Made by a program: the position numbers and the translations under genes
Virus record (IMG/VR): IMGVR_UViG_3300022902_000004
Coordinates: 190,268-254,267 of that record
Origin: a virus
Reading direction: 5' to 3' (one strand)
Length of the DNA stretch: 64,000 bases
Shown here: positions 54,886 to 63,875 of the stretch, one piece after another
Layout of the letters: the number at the start of each line of letters is the position of its first letter
Numbering within the stretch: the stretch's first letter is position 1
Notes under the pieces: generated by a model
The model's database searches: none
Told to the model about the DNA's origin: nothing
Seen by the model: the letters and a program-made list of their open reading frames with translations, nothing else

Positions 54886-56490
54886 TTAGAGAAACTCTGG
54901 GCCGAACAATGCCTTGTTTTTGTTGAAAAACCTTTCCCATGAACTGTCTAAAATGTATGTGACAGCGGTGTCAGTTTCGCTTCGAACAGACCGCCCAACC
55001 GACTGAATAATTGTCTTGGCGGTTTGCAGATCATACCACCAATCCCACTTATTCATCTTCTTACGGATGAGTTTATCGCCGAGGAATGGAAAGGGAACCT
55101 TACAAACAATCTGGAACCTACTCAAATCACCCTTCAGGTCAACACCCTCAGTCATTGACGGCGAGAGCAAAATTGTTGGTTTCGTTGACGAGATGTGTTG
55201 CTGAAGAACCTCGTCACGATTTGAACTGTCGTGGATAAGGAATCGTGAGCTCCTGATGTTCCTTTTGATGTACCATGCGATTTTGTACGACCTGCAATGG
55301 ATGATCCCCTTATCATTTTTGTGTTCGTCCATGATGGCTTTCACCGTCTTGACAAGCTTTGGCAACGTTTTGTCAATCTCGCGAGCTGACATTTTACCGG
55401 CACCAGAATAAATGATTGGCCGGTTCTCAATTGGGAACGGGCACGGAATCTTTATAGACCCAGCTTTGCCGGTAATACCGCACAACTGCGAGAACCGGTC
55501 AACATCAACAATGGTTGCTGACATTAGCAACGTGTATTCGCCCAACTTGAACAAGTAATCATGAGCATATGGTGCAATATCGATCGGTTTGAATTCAACC
55601 TTCCGGCTGGTCCTCTCCTCCGCTGGGATTTCTGACATCAGCCAGTTATCCTTATCATACAGTTTCAAAAATGTCTGCACCTTCAGGTCATGACCCGTCA
55701 GGATCTCCAACTGCCGAGATAGTTTCGAGAACTCGCCCGATTCAACCCGTGATTTGAGTGATGTGAATTTCTCCAGACCAATCCTGAAATCAAGGATTTT
55801 CTTTGCCAACACAGGATAGTACTTTTCAGTGATCCATTTGACAAATGCTGCCGGGGTGATGTGTTCTGGGAGCTCGATTCCAACAAACGATTTTGCGAAC
55901 CGGTCAGAGAACGTAACCTCAATGAACCTGCTAAGTTCATCAGGGGTATTGTGAGCTTCGTCGATGACAAGCAATGATGTCCTCGGGATCTTACCAGAGT
56001 ACCGAGTCTCAGTCAGAAAATATGCGAAGTTTGTGACCCCGTAAGGTTCCTTGATGAATTTTTCCTTTGCTTTTTTGTATGTGCAATTGAACATGCAGTT
56101 TTTCCAAAACCGAGTGTTCTTCTCTTCAGTCTTCAATAGCTTTCTAGAATCATTGCAGGACAACTTTTTGTGGTGCCCGCATCCGTAATTCGTCGATGAT
56201 TTCAACGAATTGATGTCGACATAGTCCTTTTCATATTGAGCCTGCAACAGTTTCTGGGTCGTGATGATGTTACTCCCCTGCTTCGTTTCAGGACCGCAGT
56301 TCCCAAAGTGTGCCTTTATATATCGACCCACCGTTACGGCAATGGCGGATTTGCCGACACCTGTACCTGCTTCAAGGACAAAAATCTTTTTGCCCCCTTC
56401 AAATGAGTCTAGAATCGCGTTGATCGCAAGCGTTTGTTCGTCCCGGACTGTTTTGTGTGGGAAGAAGCATTTCCAATCATGGTTAGGCAT
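54886..56490 (-). CDS. Rad3/XPD/DinG-family Fe-S DNA helicase
   Basis: Walker A LEAGTGVGKS, a DEAH box LLVIDEAHN, and four Cys (…YGCGHHKKLSC…CMFNC…) in the Fe-S domain position. Confidence 0.75.
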   Translation of the reverse strand: MPNHDWKCFFPHKTVRDEQTLAINAILDSFEGGKKIFVLEAGTGVGKSAIAVTVGRYIKAHFGNCGPETKQGSNIITTQKLLQAQYEKDYVDINSLKSSTNYGCGHHKKLSCNDSRKLLKTEEKNTRFWKNCMFNCTYKKAKEKFIKEPYGVTNFAYFLTETRYSGKIPRTSLLVIDEAHNTPDELSRFIEVTFSDRFAKSFVGIELPEHITPAAFVKWITEKYYPVLAKKILDFRIGLEKFTSLKSRVESGEFSKLSRQLEILTGHDLKVQTFLKLYDKDNWLMSEIPAEERTSRKVEFKPIDIAPYAHDYLFKLGEYTLLMSATIVDVDRFSQLCGITGKAGSIKIPCPFPIENRPIIYSGAGKMSAREIDKTLPKLVKTVKAIMDEHKNDKGIIHCRSYKIAWYIKRNIRSSRFLIHDSSNRDEVLQQHISSTKPTILLSPSMTEGVDLKGDLSRFQIVCKVPFPFLGDKLIRKKMNKWDWWYDLQTAKTIIQSVGRSVRSETDTAVTYILDSSWERFFNKNKALFGPEFL

Positions 56491-56526
56491 TTGCCCTCCA
56501 AATATAAATTGTTAGTGGTGATTTAC

Positions 56527-57201
56527 TTAGCAGATTTCGTCAACGAACCCTAGCTCAAGACATTTTTCGGCCGTAAGCCACAGCTCATGTGTGAGCATTT
56601 CGTCGAGCACCTCGGCATCTTTCACTGCTGTTGTATCGAGATAGATTTGTGTAACCGCCTTATACACGTTTTTCTGGTTTTCGATTTCGTCAACAAACTC
56701 GTCGTGCTTCCCACGAAACATAATCTGCGGTTGGTGCACGAGAATGAACGAGTTCTTCGTGATGAACCTTTTTGTTCCGCAACAACTAATCATCGTCGCT
56801 GCCGATGCTGCCGAGCCCTCGATGTATGTGTAGACATCTGTTTTGCAACTGTTGATTGCATCACAAATATTGAGTCCCGAGAAAATGTCTCCTCCTGGGC
56901 TCTGGATATGCAAATGAATCGGCGGGTTCTTTTCCAAACCAATTCGCGCAGCCAAATATTCCATCTCGATGTCCAGGCGACGGATAATCCGTACAAGCTC
57001 TAGGCCCTCTCGCTCCATAACTGGGCAGTAGAAGTAGACATGGTTTTCTTCGACCTCGATTCCAGCGGGAGCCCGATCTTTCTCATCGCCCATTTGCAAT
57101 ATTACATCGCCATGCTGGTGTTCGGGCTCATCGTTCATGCCATATCGACTCATTTTTCGTCGATTGGAAAATTGCCGAAAGGTGTTTTTACTGTTACGCA
57201 T
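56527..57201 (-). CDS. clpP: ClpP-family serine protease (possible prohead protease)
   Basis: SPGGDIFSGLNICDAI…GSAASAATMI…LVHQP is collinear with the ClpP Ser/His/Asp regions. The likely start is the ATG at 57153. Confidence 0.8.
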   Translation of the reverse strand: MRNSKNTFRQFSNRRKMSRYGMNDEPEHQHGDVILQMGDEKDRAPAGIEVEENHVYFYCPVMEREGLELVRIIRRLDIEMEYLAARIGLEKNPPIHLHIQSPGGDIFSGLNICDAINSCKTDVYTYIEGSAASAATMISCCGTKRFITKNSFILVHQPQIMFRGKHDEFVDEIENQKNVYKAVTQIYLDTTAVKDAEVLDEMLTHELWLTAEKCLELGFVDEIC

Positions 57202-57578
57202 TTTACTCCGTGAGATGCCAAATCTGGCAACTCTTTTGCATTTATAACTAAAATCTCAACCCGAATGAGAACTTTCAAATAATCTTGGTCATTATCAATA
57301 TTTGTGACCGTATGTTCAGCGGTAAGTCGTAAAAGGTTTCTTACACCTTGATTCCATGCCGGTGAGTGTAAATCTGGTTGATGACCCTGCCATATTTGCC
57401 AGCATGATGGGTTCCTTTTGGGATGCGGCCCCACGGAAATCATTTCGCTGGCGAATGCCAAGCATTCTGGGAAAATGTCAACGTCCGAGTCTTTTGGAAC
57501 CAATCCTTCAAAATCCTTCTCTAGGACCACGATGTCCAATGGGGAAAATAATGTCTCAAGTTTGGTTCTGATACTCAT
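57150..57578 (-). CDS. Hypothetical protein
   Basis: 142-aa ORF preceded by a promoter-like TAGAAT and an AAGGATG Shine-Dalgarno. Confidence 0.4.
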   Translation of the reverse strand: MSIRTKLETLFSPLDIVVLEKDFEGLVPKDSDVDIFPECLAFASEMISVGPHPKRNPSCWQIWQGHQPDLHSPAWNQGVRNLLRLTAEHTVTNIDNDQDYLKVLIRVEILVINAKELPDLASHGVKCVTVKTPFGNFPIDEK

Positions 57579-57622
57579 AGTGCACGCATCCTTATGATCA
57601 TTCTAACACAAGTATGGGCGTT

Positions 57623-57907
57623 TTACACATTTTCGGACTTATTCATTACCTCTACACGATATTTGTCGACAATCATTCGTGCTCGGTGTTGGGCATCCTG
57701 CTCATTGTTGTACCTTTCCATTGGGGCAATCTTCTCTCCCCTAAACTCAATGTCCAACAAACACGATTCATCATCCTGCGGGTAGTAGCTGATGTTGAAA
57801 TCTTCAAATGAGTCCCATGTGTTTGGCGTCGTATCGACGGACCGCATATTACCGTGTTGCTCGCGGAGCACCATTCGGACGATTTCACGGACGATTGATT
57901 TTTTCAT
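57623..57907 (-). CDS. Hypothetical protein
   Basis: 94-aa ORF. Confidence 0.35.
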   Translation of the reverse strand: MKKSIVREIVRMVLREQHGNMRSVDTTPNTWDSFEDFNISYYPQDDESCLLDIEFRGEKIAPMERYNNEQDAQHRARMIVDKYRVEVMNKSENV

Positions 57908-58365
57908 TATGTGCTCGCGACGAACAGCTCGATATCGACCGCCGCCGTGTCTGCGGTTGCTTTCATTGTGTCAAAATCTGAAAACGAGTTGAATGTTGAG
58001 CCGACATTAGAGCCAGACATGCTTGGGCTTGTAAAAATAGCTGTTCGTTTGGCTGGCAGTTTCATGTCATACCGATTTCCTGCTCCGCCAGAACCTGACA
58101 GGAACGAAAGGCGCACGAAATTCGTATCGTCAAGGTTGGACACACGGATGTACTGGACATTTGATGAGATGTAGCCACCGCCGATAGAGGATGTTGACAG
58201 CGTTAAAATGGAAACCTCAGATGTTGCCACCGTCATTACACGGCGGGATGCCTCGTTGATTGCCCCAATCGTTTGCACGATTTTGCTGCCCACTTGATAC
58301 CCGTTTAGCTTCACATCCTCATTTACGGTTATCGTAAGGGTTGCATTGTCAATTGTTGATGCCAT
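57907..58365 (-). CDS. Hypothetical beta-rich (possibly virion-associated) protein
   Basis: 152 aa, Ser/Thr/Val-rich. Confidence 0.35.
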   Translation of the reverse strand: MASTIDNATLTITVNEDVKLNGYQVGSKIVQTIGAINEASRRVMTVATSEVSILTLSTSSIGGGYISSNVQYIRVSNLDDTNFVRLSFLSGSGGAGNRYDMKLPAKRTAIFTSPSMSGSNVGSTFNSFSDFDTMKATADTAAVDIELFVAST

Positions 58366-58374
58366 TGTTTTCTC

Positions 58375-59850
58375 CTAAAGCCCGTTCGGGATAACATTTT
58401 CCCAGTATTTTTCTGGCCATTCATCTAAATTCGTACCGATCAATGATCCGAACATGTTGCCACGGGTGTCGTTCCACATAACTTCCCAACTATCTTCTTC
58501 ATCGCCTGACAACATGTCATCCTCACCATAGCCACCGGGAGTGTAGCTCATATCAGGTACAATGTAGTTGGCGTTTATCATGTGCGATGGAAGATACCCA
58601 TGGATGATAAACCCTTCCCCTGTCACAAACGCAGGCTTTTCAAGGTGTCCAACGGAGAAGAAAATGCCGTATGTTCCCTCAACGTAACCATCAGCTTCGA
58701 TTCCTACCATATTCTCGGATGGCGTCTCATGAGTCACCGGTAATCCCCGCGGGCCTGCCATTTTTTTTAGTGCGTTTATCACCACAGCCTCATGATACGG
58801 CCGCCTAGACTCCGACATAACGGCTCTTGTAACAAACTCTTTGAGTACGGCCATGTCTTTTCTTTTCCGCGATTCCTGGGTCTTTTTCTTGCCAATTTTT
58901 GTTCGATACGATGGTTTCTCCGGAGAGGCACCGTCAGCAAACTCATAATTGAAAATGTTCAGGTCGCGCCCAGCCATTTCCTCATCATCCTCTAATCCTT
59001 GGACAGCTCTTGCGTTCTTTGCATCATCATCGTAGAAATATATGTCATCAATTCCGCTACCGGTGCCCCCACCGGATCCACCAACGATGTTCTTGATGAT
59101 TTTGCGTTTGTTGTCGGCGACACTGTTTCCAAAATCTGCCGCGCCGAAGACGTAGTCAGGGTGTTCACCAGCTTCGTCGCCCATGAAATCCTTGATGTCT
59201 TCAACATTCGTTGCAACGACCTCTTTACCACCGAATGTCCCCATTCCTGTCTGGCCTTTTCGGGCTGTGACGACTGCCGTGATGTCACCTGCGGCCTCCC
59301 GCTCAGCGAATTTTGCCAGTGTTGCTTCAATCGGTTCAGCATCACCCAGACCGCTCGATGGTGAGAAGTCGACAGCATGGATCTCTCCGGGCTTGCCATT
59401 CATTTTCGCAGCAGCTTTCTTCACCAGCTCTTCAACGTTACCGTTTGGGTAAACGAGGGGACGAGTCGGGTCGGACAGCCCGCTCATATATTTCGCTTTC
59501 CAGATTTTGTATTGGTCTGTATTCAAAACAACAGCCTGTGAACCTTGTAGGTAATCTGGCGATGCTATGAATCTGTCGCCAGAGAGACCGTCGGTCGTGA
59601 TGTCAGCCTGCGTTGATGTTCTTACTTTACCGGTTCCGCTTTTCCCAATTCGTGCCGATAAATCTGTAACAGGCGAATACGATTCAGGATCATTTACATC
59701 TCCTCCGTTGTAATCGAAAGCAATGTGTATCGTTGCGCTTTTGGTGATACCCAGTGTATCATCGAAATCGAAAACATGCAAATCCTTTTTTTGCTCGGTA
59801 ACCACCCCGGCGAGACGGCACCAACGTTCCATGATTAAATCTTGCTTCAT
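58375..59850 (-). CDS. HAD-superfamily hydrolase-domain protein
   Basis: VFDFDDTLG (DxDxT) near the N-terminus and a later YFYDDDAKN (DD motif). 491 aa. The C-terminal domain is unknown. Confidence 0.45.
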   Translation of the reverse strand: MKQDLIMERWCRLAGVVTEQKKDLHVFDFDDTLGITKSATIHIAFDYNGGDVNDPESYSPVTDLSARIGKSGTGKVRTSTQADITTDGLSGDRFIASPDYLQGSQAVVLNTDQYKIWKAKYMSGLSDPTRPLVYPNGNVEELVKKAAAKMNGKPGEIHAVDFSPSSGLGDAEPIEATLAKFAEREAAGDITAVVTARKGQTGMGTFGGKEVVATNVEDIKDFMGDEAGEHPDYVFGAADFGNSVADNKRKIIKNIVGGSGGGTGSGIDDIYFYDDDAKNARAVQGLEDDEEMAGRDLNIFNYEFADGASPEKPSYRTKIGKKKTQESRKRKDMAVLKEFVTRAVMSESRRPYHEAVVINALKKMAGPRGLPVTHETPSENMVGIEADGYVEGTYGIFFSVGHLEKPAFVTGEGFIIHGYLPSHMINANYIVPDMSYTPGGYGEDDMLSGDEEDSWEVMWNDTRGNMFGSLIGTNLDEWPEKYWENVIPNGL

Positions 59851-59900
59851 TTCACACCCTTGTAAATACTTATACAGGACTAAATATCGGATAACACTAC

Positions 59901-60575
59901 ATGTACCTACTTGAGAAAAAACGAATTGGGCGCGAGCTAGAAAGCTTGGCCAGAAAGTACAGTCGAACAGTAATGAAAACGATTACTACGAAAGAGAATA
60001 TCAAAACTCTCAAGGCCGGTAAAATCATTGATGATTACATAGAGTTGCGCCCACTTGGGCTAGACAGGCCAAATCTTATTGGAATTGAGCTGGAAATTGA
60101 TAGCAACCTCGATGTGAATGGGATATACGCCTCTGGGGCCTTCCAGATGGTCCCTGGGGAGCCGGAAATCTCTTACATTAGGGTTACTGCCTCTCTGCCA
60201 TCTCCGTTCACCAGGCGTCATCTGGCACGTTTCTATGATGAGCTAATCGAAATCATGCGACATGAGATTGAGCACTCAACACAAGATCCTGAAAGGATTG
60301 ATCAAATCGCAGATAACACTGATGACCCATTTGGTTCCAAAGAAAACATGTTGAATTATTACGCATCTCCTGAGGAGATTGCAGGTCATGTGACAGGCTG
60401 GATGAAACGGGCGAAGAAACGCCGGGAGCCAGTCAAGGACACTATTTCAAGGGAAGTGGGTTATATTGCCCAGCAGGCCGAAAGAGAGGGCATGTCAAAA
60501 AAAGATGCCAACGCCGCCGGGGCGGAACTTCTTAGAAAGTTTGTGGAATATGCTGTGGATCGTTACGGGGCTTAG
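59901..60575 (+). CDS. Putative zinc metallopeptidase (HExxH)
   Basis: Plus-strand 224-aa ORF with MRHEIEHST (HExxH). Divergent from the HAD-domain gene. Confidence 0.45.
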   Translation: MYLLEKKRIGRELESLARKYSRTVMKTITTKENIKTLKAGKIIDDYIELRPLGLDRPNLIGIELEIDSNLDVNGIYASGAFQMVPGEPEISYIRVTASLPSPFTRRHLARFYDELIEIMRHEIEHSTQDPERIDQIADNTDDPFGSKENMLNYYASPEEIAGHVTGWMKRAKKRREPVKDTISREVGYIAQQAEREGMSKKDANAAGAELLRKFVEYAVDRYGA

Positions 60576-60943
60576 CGCCTTTTCGACGGCCTAGCATCGG
60601 CGACGGCATCGCCTAATGCATCCCTGAGCACGTATTTGATGCTGGTCTCATTCCGTGATCCTGTATTCCCAGCAATGTACTTTTTCGCAGCTTCTACATC
60701 ACGTGGATCAGCACTGTGCAAGGCAGCATCACCGAGATCATATGCAACGTCATAAAGCGAATATGAGTCCTCACCACCATCAATCGGGTTGTCCTCAAGC
60801 CAGTCTTCGCCCATTTCCTTTGCCAATTTCATAAGACGCTTGAAGCCTTGTTCTGCACCACCACCGACGTGGTTTCCTGGCACGTTTCGGAGCAGCAGCT
60901 TCTGGTAACCAGCGCACATCATCACCATACTTTCTAAAGGCAC
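60572..60943 (-). CDS. Acidic hypothetical protein (possibly the frameshifted C-terminal part of 60795..61016)
   Basis: GTG-initiated ORF with a protein-like acidic composition. The overlapping other-frame ORF 60795..61016 carries an N-terminus paralogous to the neighbouring gene. Confidence 0.35.
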   Translation of the reverse strand: MPLESMVMMCAGYQKLLLRNVPGNHVGGGAEQGFKRLMKLAKEMGEDWLEDNPIDGGEDSYSLYDVAYDLGDAALHSADPRDVEAAKKYIAGNTGSRNETSIKYVLRDALGDAVADARPSKRR

Positions 60944-61016
60944 CGGCGCCGCCGAGACCGAATGGGTCTGACGCTTCTCGAACGAGCTTCCGCAAATTTG
61001 TTTTAGTAATTTTCAT

Positions 61017-61400
61017 TTAGTACTCATCATCGCCACGCGGATCAGCGGGGCTGTAGTCATAGTCATCGTAAGTGTCATCGGTGTTCATTGCGTCTTGCAT
61101 GTAGGCATCAACATCCCGACGATTCGAACGCATCGCTGCATCGCCTGTCGCATCATGTGCCTGAATCTCGCCTGCAACAGCAATCCTTACAGCCTCAATT
61201 GAGTCCTGCATGGTGCGCATTGCCTCTCTTACGGCCGGGCTTCTGAATGCCAACGAGTTCCTGAGAACATCAACAGCTATCTCTACACCCTGCACTTTCT
61301 TTTCGAATGACCGTGGATCGAAGTTATCGATTGCCCAAGACTCGTTGATTAGTCTTCGCAGGTTTCTCTTGGTGATTTTCATGTAATACCGTCCTTTCAC
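61017..61400 (-). CDS. Small acidic protein, MKITKxNLRxL family
   Basis: 127 aa with an acidic DYDY-rich C-terminus. Shares an N-terminal motif with ORF 60795..61016. Confidence 0.4.
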   Translation of the reverse strand: MKGRYYMKITKRNLRRLINESWAIDNFDPRSFEKKVQGVEIAVDVLRNSLAFRSPAVREAMRTMQDSIEAVRIAVAGEIQAHDATGDAAMRSNRRDVDAYMQDAMNTDDTYDDYDYSPADPRGDDEY

Positions 61401-61415
61401 AAACTAAATATCATG

Positions 61416-61907
61416 CTAGACAGGAAAAACCTGTTTGAAAGTAGCTTGCACGAAAAACGGCTCAATTTTCTGCCATTTTTTGATTTTCGCAGCCTTATAC
61501 GGTTTGACACTGCTGGTTTTTAGAAGTGCCGTGACATGCGGAACACCAGACTTCGCAGACAGTCCTGCAGGGGCAACAACCTGCCAGGCGGCAACACCAG
61601 AGACCTTGTCACGCCCGAACCCCACAACCTCCAGTGATAGAGGTTCATCGAGGCGCTCGATCAACGGACTGGAAGGCTTCAGGGCTCCAATCTTGACTGT
61701 CATGTGATGGCTGAGCTGCTGGTTACCATGCATACCGCTAATGTTTGAGTCCAGCCAGCCGTCTGGGTTCAAACCGAGCCCGGCAATCTTGGTTCGCAAC
61801 ATGTCGCCATCATTTTCGTTGATGACAATTGCCGTGTAGAGTGCCTTCGGCTCCTTGGCCAGCGTTTCCTCTACAACTTCTTTCAATAATTTGCGACTCA
61901 TGTTCAC
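61416..61907 (-). CDS. Hypothetical protein
   Basis: 163-aa ORF. Confidence 0.4.
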   Translation of the reverse strand: MNMSRKLLKEVVEETLAKEPKALYTAIVINENDGDMLRTKIAGLGLNPDGWLDSNISGMHGNQQLSHHMTVKIGALKPSSPLIERLDEPLSLEVVGFGRDKVSGVAAWQVVAPAGLSAKSGVPHVTALLKTSSVKPYKAAKIKKWQKIEPFFVQATFKQVFPV

Positions 61908-61916
61908 CTCATTTAG

Positions 61917-62663
61917 TTATGCTGCAACTCGAAGCAGCGTTTTGAACCCAGTTTTCTTGAGCTCAAGGAAGTATTTGTGGCCAGCACCACCGAAACGATT
62001 CTTGGTCGTCTCGAGCATACGCATTCCGTACAGCTCAGAGCTGGGATTTAGCTCGATGGAAAGCTCGATCATGGCATCAACCATGTGTTTCAGGACGTTT
62101 TTGCCTGAGAATTTGCCATCTTTACCAACCTGGCCAATCACGAAAGCAATCGAATTGGTTTCCTTACACCAATCTGTAATCATGCTCAAGCAACGCTCAG
62201 GGGACTTGCCGTTTGTGATTCCAGGACCGTACTTGCCATCATTCACAGCCTGAAGGCTGTCAACGACCAAGATAAACTGCTTTTTTGGATGCTGGAGTCG
62301 AAGCTCCTCACACTGGCGAAGCAGCTCGGGAACCATCTCCTCTTCACCTACAGCGAAGCCATGCTTGATATTCAGGCGCTCTGCAACGAGTTTGACCTGA
62401 AACAGACTCTCCTCGGCGGTATTGAAGGCAACATTGTGACCTAGACTCGACAGGCTTTCGCAAAGTTCGAGCATCATCGTGGATTTACCGGCACCAGGTG
62501 TTCCAGTGAACAAAGTGCATGTGCTTGGGGTGAGTCCAAGACCGCCCATTGCACCATCGATGTAATCCCGACCAGTTTTAACTTTCACACGGAGTGCAGC
62601 CGGAACAACAACGTTGTTGATGTTGGTACCGAAAGCGAAGCCTTTGCGAGTTGACAATTTCAT
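61917..62663 (-). CDS. RecA-fold ATPase (Sak4/KaiC/RadA-like)
   Basis: 248 aa with Walker A FTGTPGAGKST and a RecA-like core. An AAGGA Shine-Dalgarno and a conserved promoter motif lie upstream. Confidence 0.6.
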   Translation of the reverse strand: MKLSTRKGFAFGTNINNVVVPAALRVKVKTGRDYIDGAMGGLGLTPSTCTLFTGTPGAGKSTMMLELCESLSSLGHNVAFNTAEESLFQVKLVAERLNIKHGFAVGEEEMVPELLRQCEELRLQHPKKQFILVVDSLQAVNDGKYGPGITNGKSPERCLSMITDWCKETNSIAFVIGQVGKDGKFSGKNVLKHMVDAMIELSIELNPSSELYGMRMLETTKNRFGGAGHKYFLELKKTGFKTLLRVAA

Positions 62664-62722
62664 GTGATTTAATCCTTGATCAGGCTGAGTTATGACTCGT
62701 TACCATCCCCGGCAACATATAT

Positions 62723-62752
62723 ATTATACCACGATTTTCGGACTCTTACACG
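62723..62752 (-). promoter_or_regulatory. Conserved promoter-like motif copy A (minus strand: CGTGTAAGAGTCCGAAAATCGTGGTATAAT)
   Basis: Extended -10 TGGTATAAT on the minus strand about 65 nt upstream of the RecA-like ATG. Near-identical copy at 63876..63905. Confidence 0.5.
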
Positions 62753-62756
62753 TAAT

Positions 62757-63050
62757 CTACTTAACGTTGCAAAGAATTTCTGGTTTGACGGCGCCGTCTG
62801 GCAACGCTACGACACAATGGACGCTGGCATTTGAGATGTGCGATTTATGGGCCCGCCGGCGATCCTGTGGCGAATCGAAGAACCCTCCCCATGTCAGCAC
62901 CCCTAGGACAAGCGCAGTGCCGAAAAGGCTCGCGAAGAAGTTGGTCTTAGTTTCTTTTCCATGCAACGTCATGACGACAAAAAGGCTGACGACGGTGAGA
63001 CATAGATAAATAATTGCCGCTGCGCTCATTTGTTTTTCCTCTTTTTCCAT
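62757..63050 (-). CDS. Small membrane protein
   Basis: 97 aa with two hydrophobic helices. Confidence 0.4.
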   Translation of the reverse strand: MEKEEKQMSAAAIIYLCLTVVSLFVVMTLHGKETKTNFFASLFGTALVLGVLTWGGFFDSPQDRRRAHKSHISNASVHCVVALPDGAVKPEILCNVK

Positions 63051-63517
63051 GCAATGAATTGATCCAACTCATCGCTGCTAATGTTTTTCACTATTTCCTG
63101 TTTGGCTTCCCACTCGGCAAGCTCCCTCGTATACTTCTTGTCTGCTTTCTTACAATCTCGCTCGAACCGCTTGTAATTTTTGAGCTGCTCATCGTAATCC
63201 GGATTTTCGAGTTCAACTGAGACGTTTACCTCGACCTCAACGCTGACCTCTTCGTCCTCATCCCATGGCCGCTGAGTCTCGATCAGGACATCTGGATCAT
63301 TAATTCGAATGAACCCAGGCCGATCTCTCCACAATTCTGCATCTTCTAGAACAGTCTGCTTTCGCTCTTCAAGCTCCCCGAAATCAATAGTTGATTCTCC
63401 GTTGAATGAAAAAACTGGGGAGCGCACGATTACAACACTTGTTTTTGAGGGACTCTGGACAAGTTTGATAAGCGTGCGCTTTGGGCGCAGCCCTTTTGGG
63501 CCTAATGCGAGTTTCAT
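63026..63517 (-). CDS. Hypothetical protein
   Basis: 163-aa ORF rich in charged residues. Confidence 0.4.
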   Translation of the reverse strand: MKLALGPKGLRPKRTLIKLVQSPSKTSVVIVRSPVFSFNGESTIDFGELEERKQTVLEDAELWRDRPGFIRINDPDVLIETQRPWDEDEEVSVEVEVNVSVELENPDYDEQLKNYKRFERDCKKADKKYTRELAEWEAKQEIVKNISSDELDQFIAWKKRKNK

Positions 63518-63538
63518 TTTATTTCTCCGTTCTCAAAA

Positions 63539-63608
63539 TGGTTCCCAACCGGGGAGTCGAACCCCGCGTCCCGCCTGCAGTTCAGGACCTACGCCAAAAT
63601 TATTGGGA
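63539..63608 (-). tRNA. tRNA-like element (canonical T-arm + acceptor stem + CCA; body non-canonical) - partial tRNA or att-site-like
   Basis: Minus strand reads TCCCAAT…CGGGG-TTCGACT-CCCCG-GTTGGGA-A-CCA. That gives a T-loop TTCGACT, a 5-bp T-stem and a 7-bp acceptor pairing with the 5' TCCCAAT. I could not hand-fold the D and anticodon arms canonically. Total length is 70 nt. Confidence 0.4.
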
Positions 63609-63654
63609 AAACGTCAAACTTTATCTTTTTCCTAACATTCCATGTTTTTTGATG

Positions 63655-63684
63655 CCCTAGGTCGACGCCGACCTTAACTTAGGG
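63655..63684. promoter_or_regulatory. Nested hairpin CCCTA-…GGTCG-ACGC-CGACC…-TAGGG
   Basis: Inverted repeats read from the sequence, just upstream (in minus-strand terms) of the tRNA-like element. Confidence 0.35.
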
Positions 63685-63799
63685 CTGGTCTCGGATGCGA
63701 TTCATTACGCCCTCCTGACGATGTCTAGCTTTGTAATCACACAATTTATTCCGTTCATGTTATTTTCGCCGCCCCCGGCAGTGGGTCACATTTTCGGGG

Positions 63800-63830
63800 G
63801 CCCTCGTGGGCTTGGCATTATTTTGCTCCA
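63800..63830. promoter_or_regulatory. GC-clamp hairpin GCCCCCG-N17-CGGGGGC containing two ATTTTCG(G) motif copies
   Basis: 7-bp GC stem with a 17-nt loop. It lies downstream of promoter motif copy B in the leader preceding the tRNA-like element. Confidence 0.4.
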
Positions 63831-63875
63831 TTTAGTTTATTGACTGTTTTAGAGTCGCATCCCGGTGACATATCC

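Noticed and set aside
60795-61016. Treating 60795..61016 as an intact independent gene
   Set aside because: Only the first ~25 residues look protein-like and paralogous to the neighbour. The remainder (…PRRWWCRTRLQAS…) is compositionally implausible, and a normal-looking ORF overlaps in another frame.
63539-63608. Calling this a complete, typed tRNA gene (with anticodon)
   Set aside because: T-arm, acceptor and CCA are canonical. I could not obtain a 5-bp/7-nt anticodon arm or a D-arm by hand-folding, and the length is only 70 nt. I kept it as tRNA-like/partial pending tRNAscan-SE.
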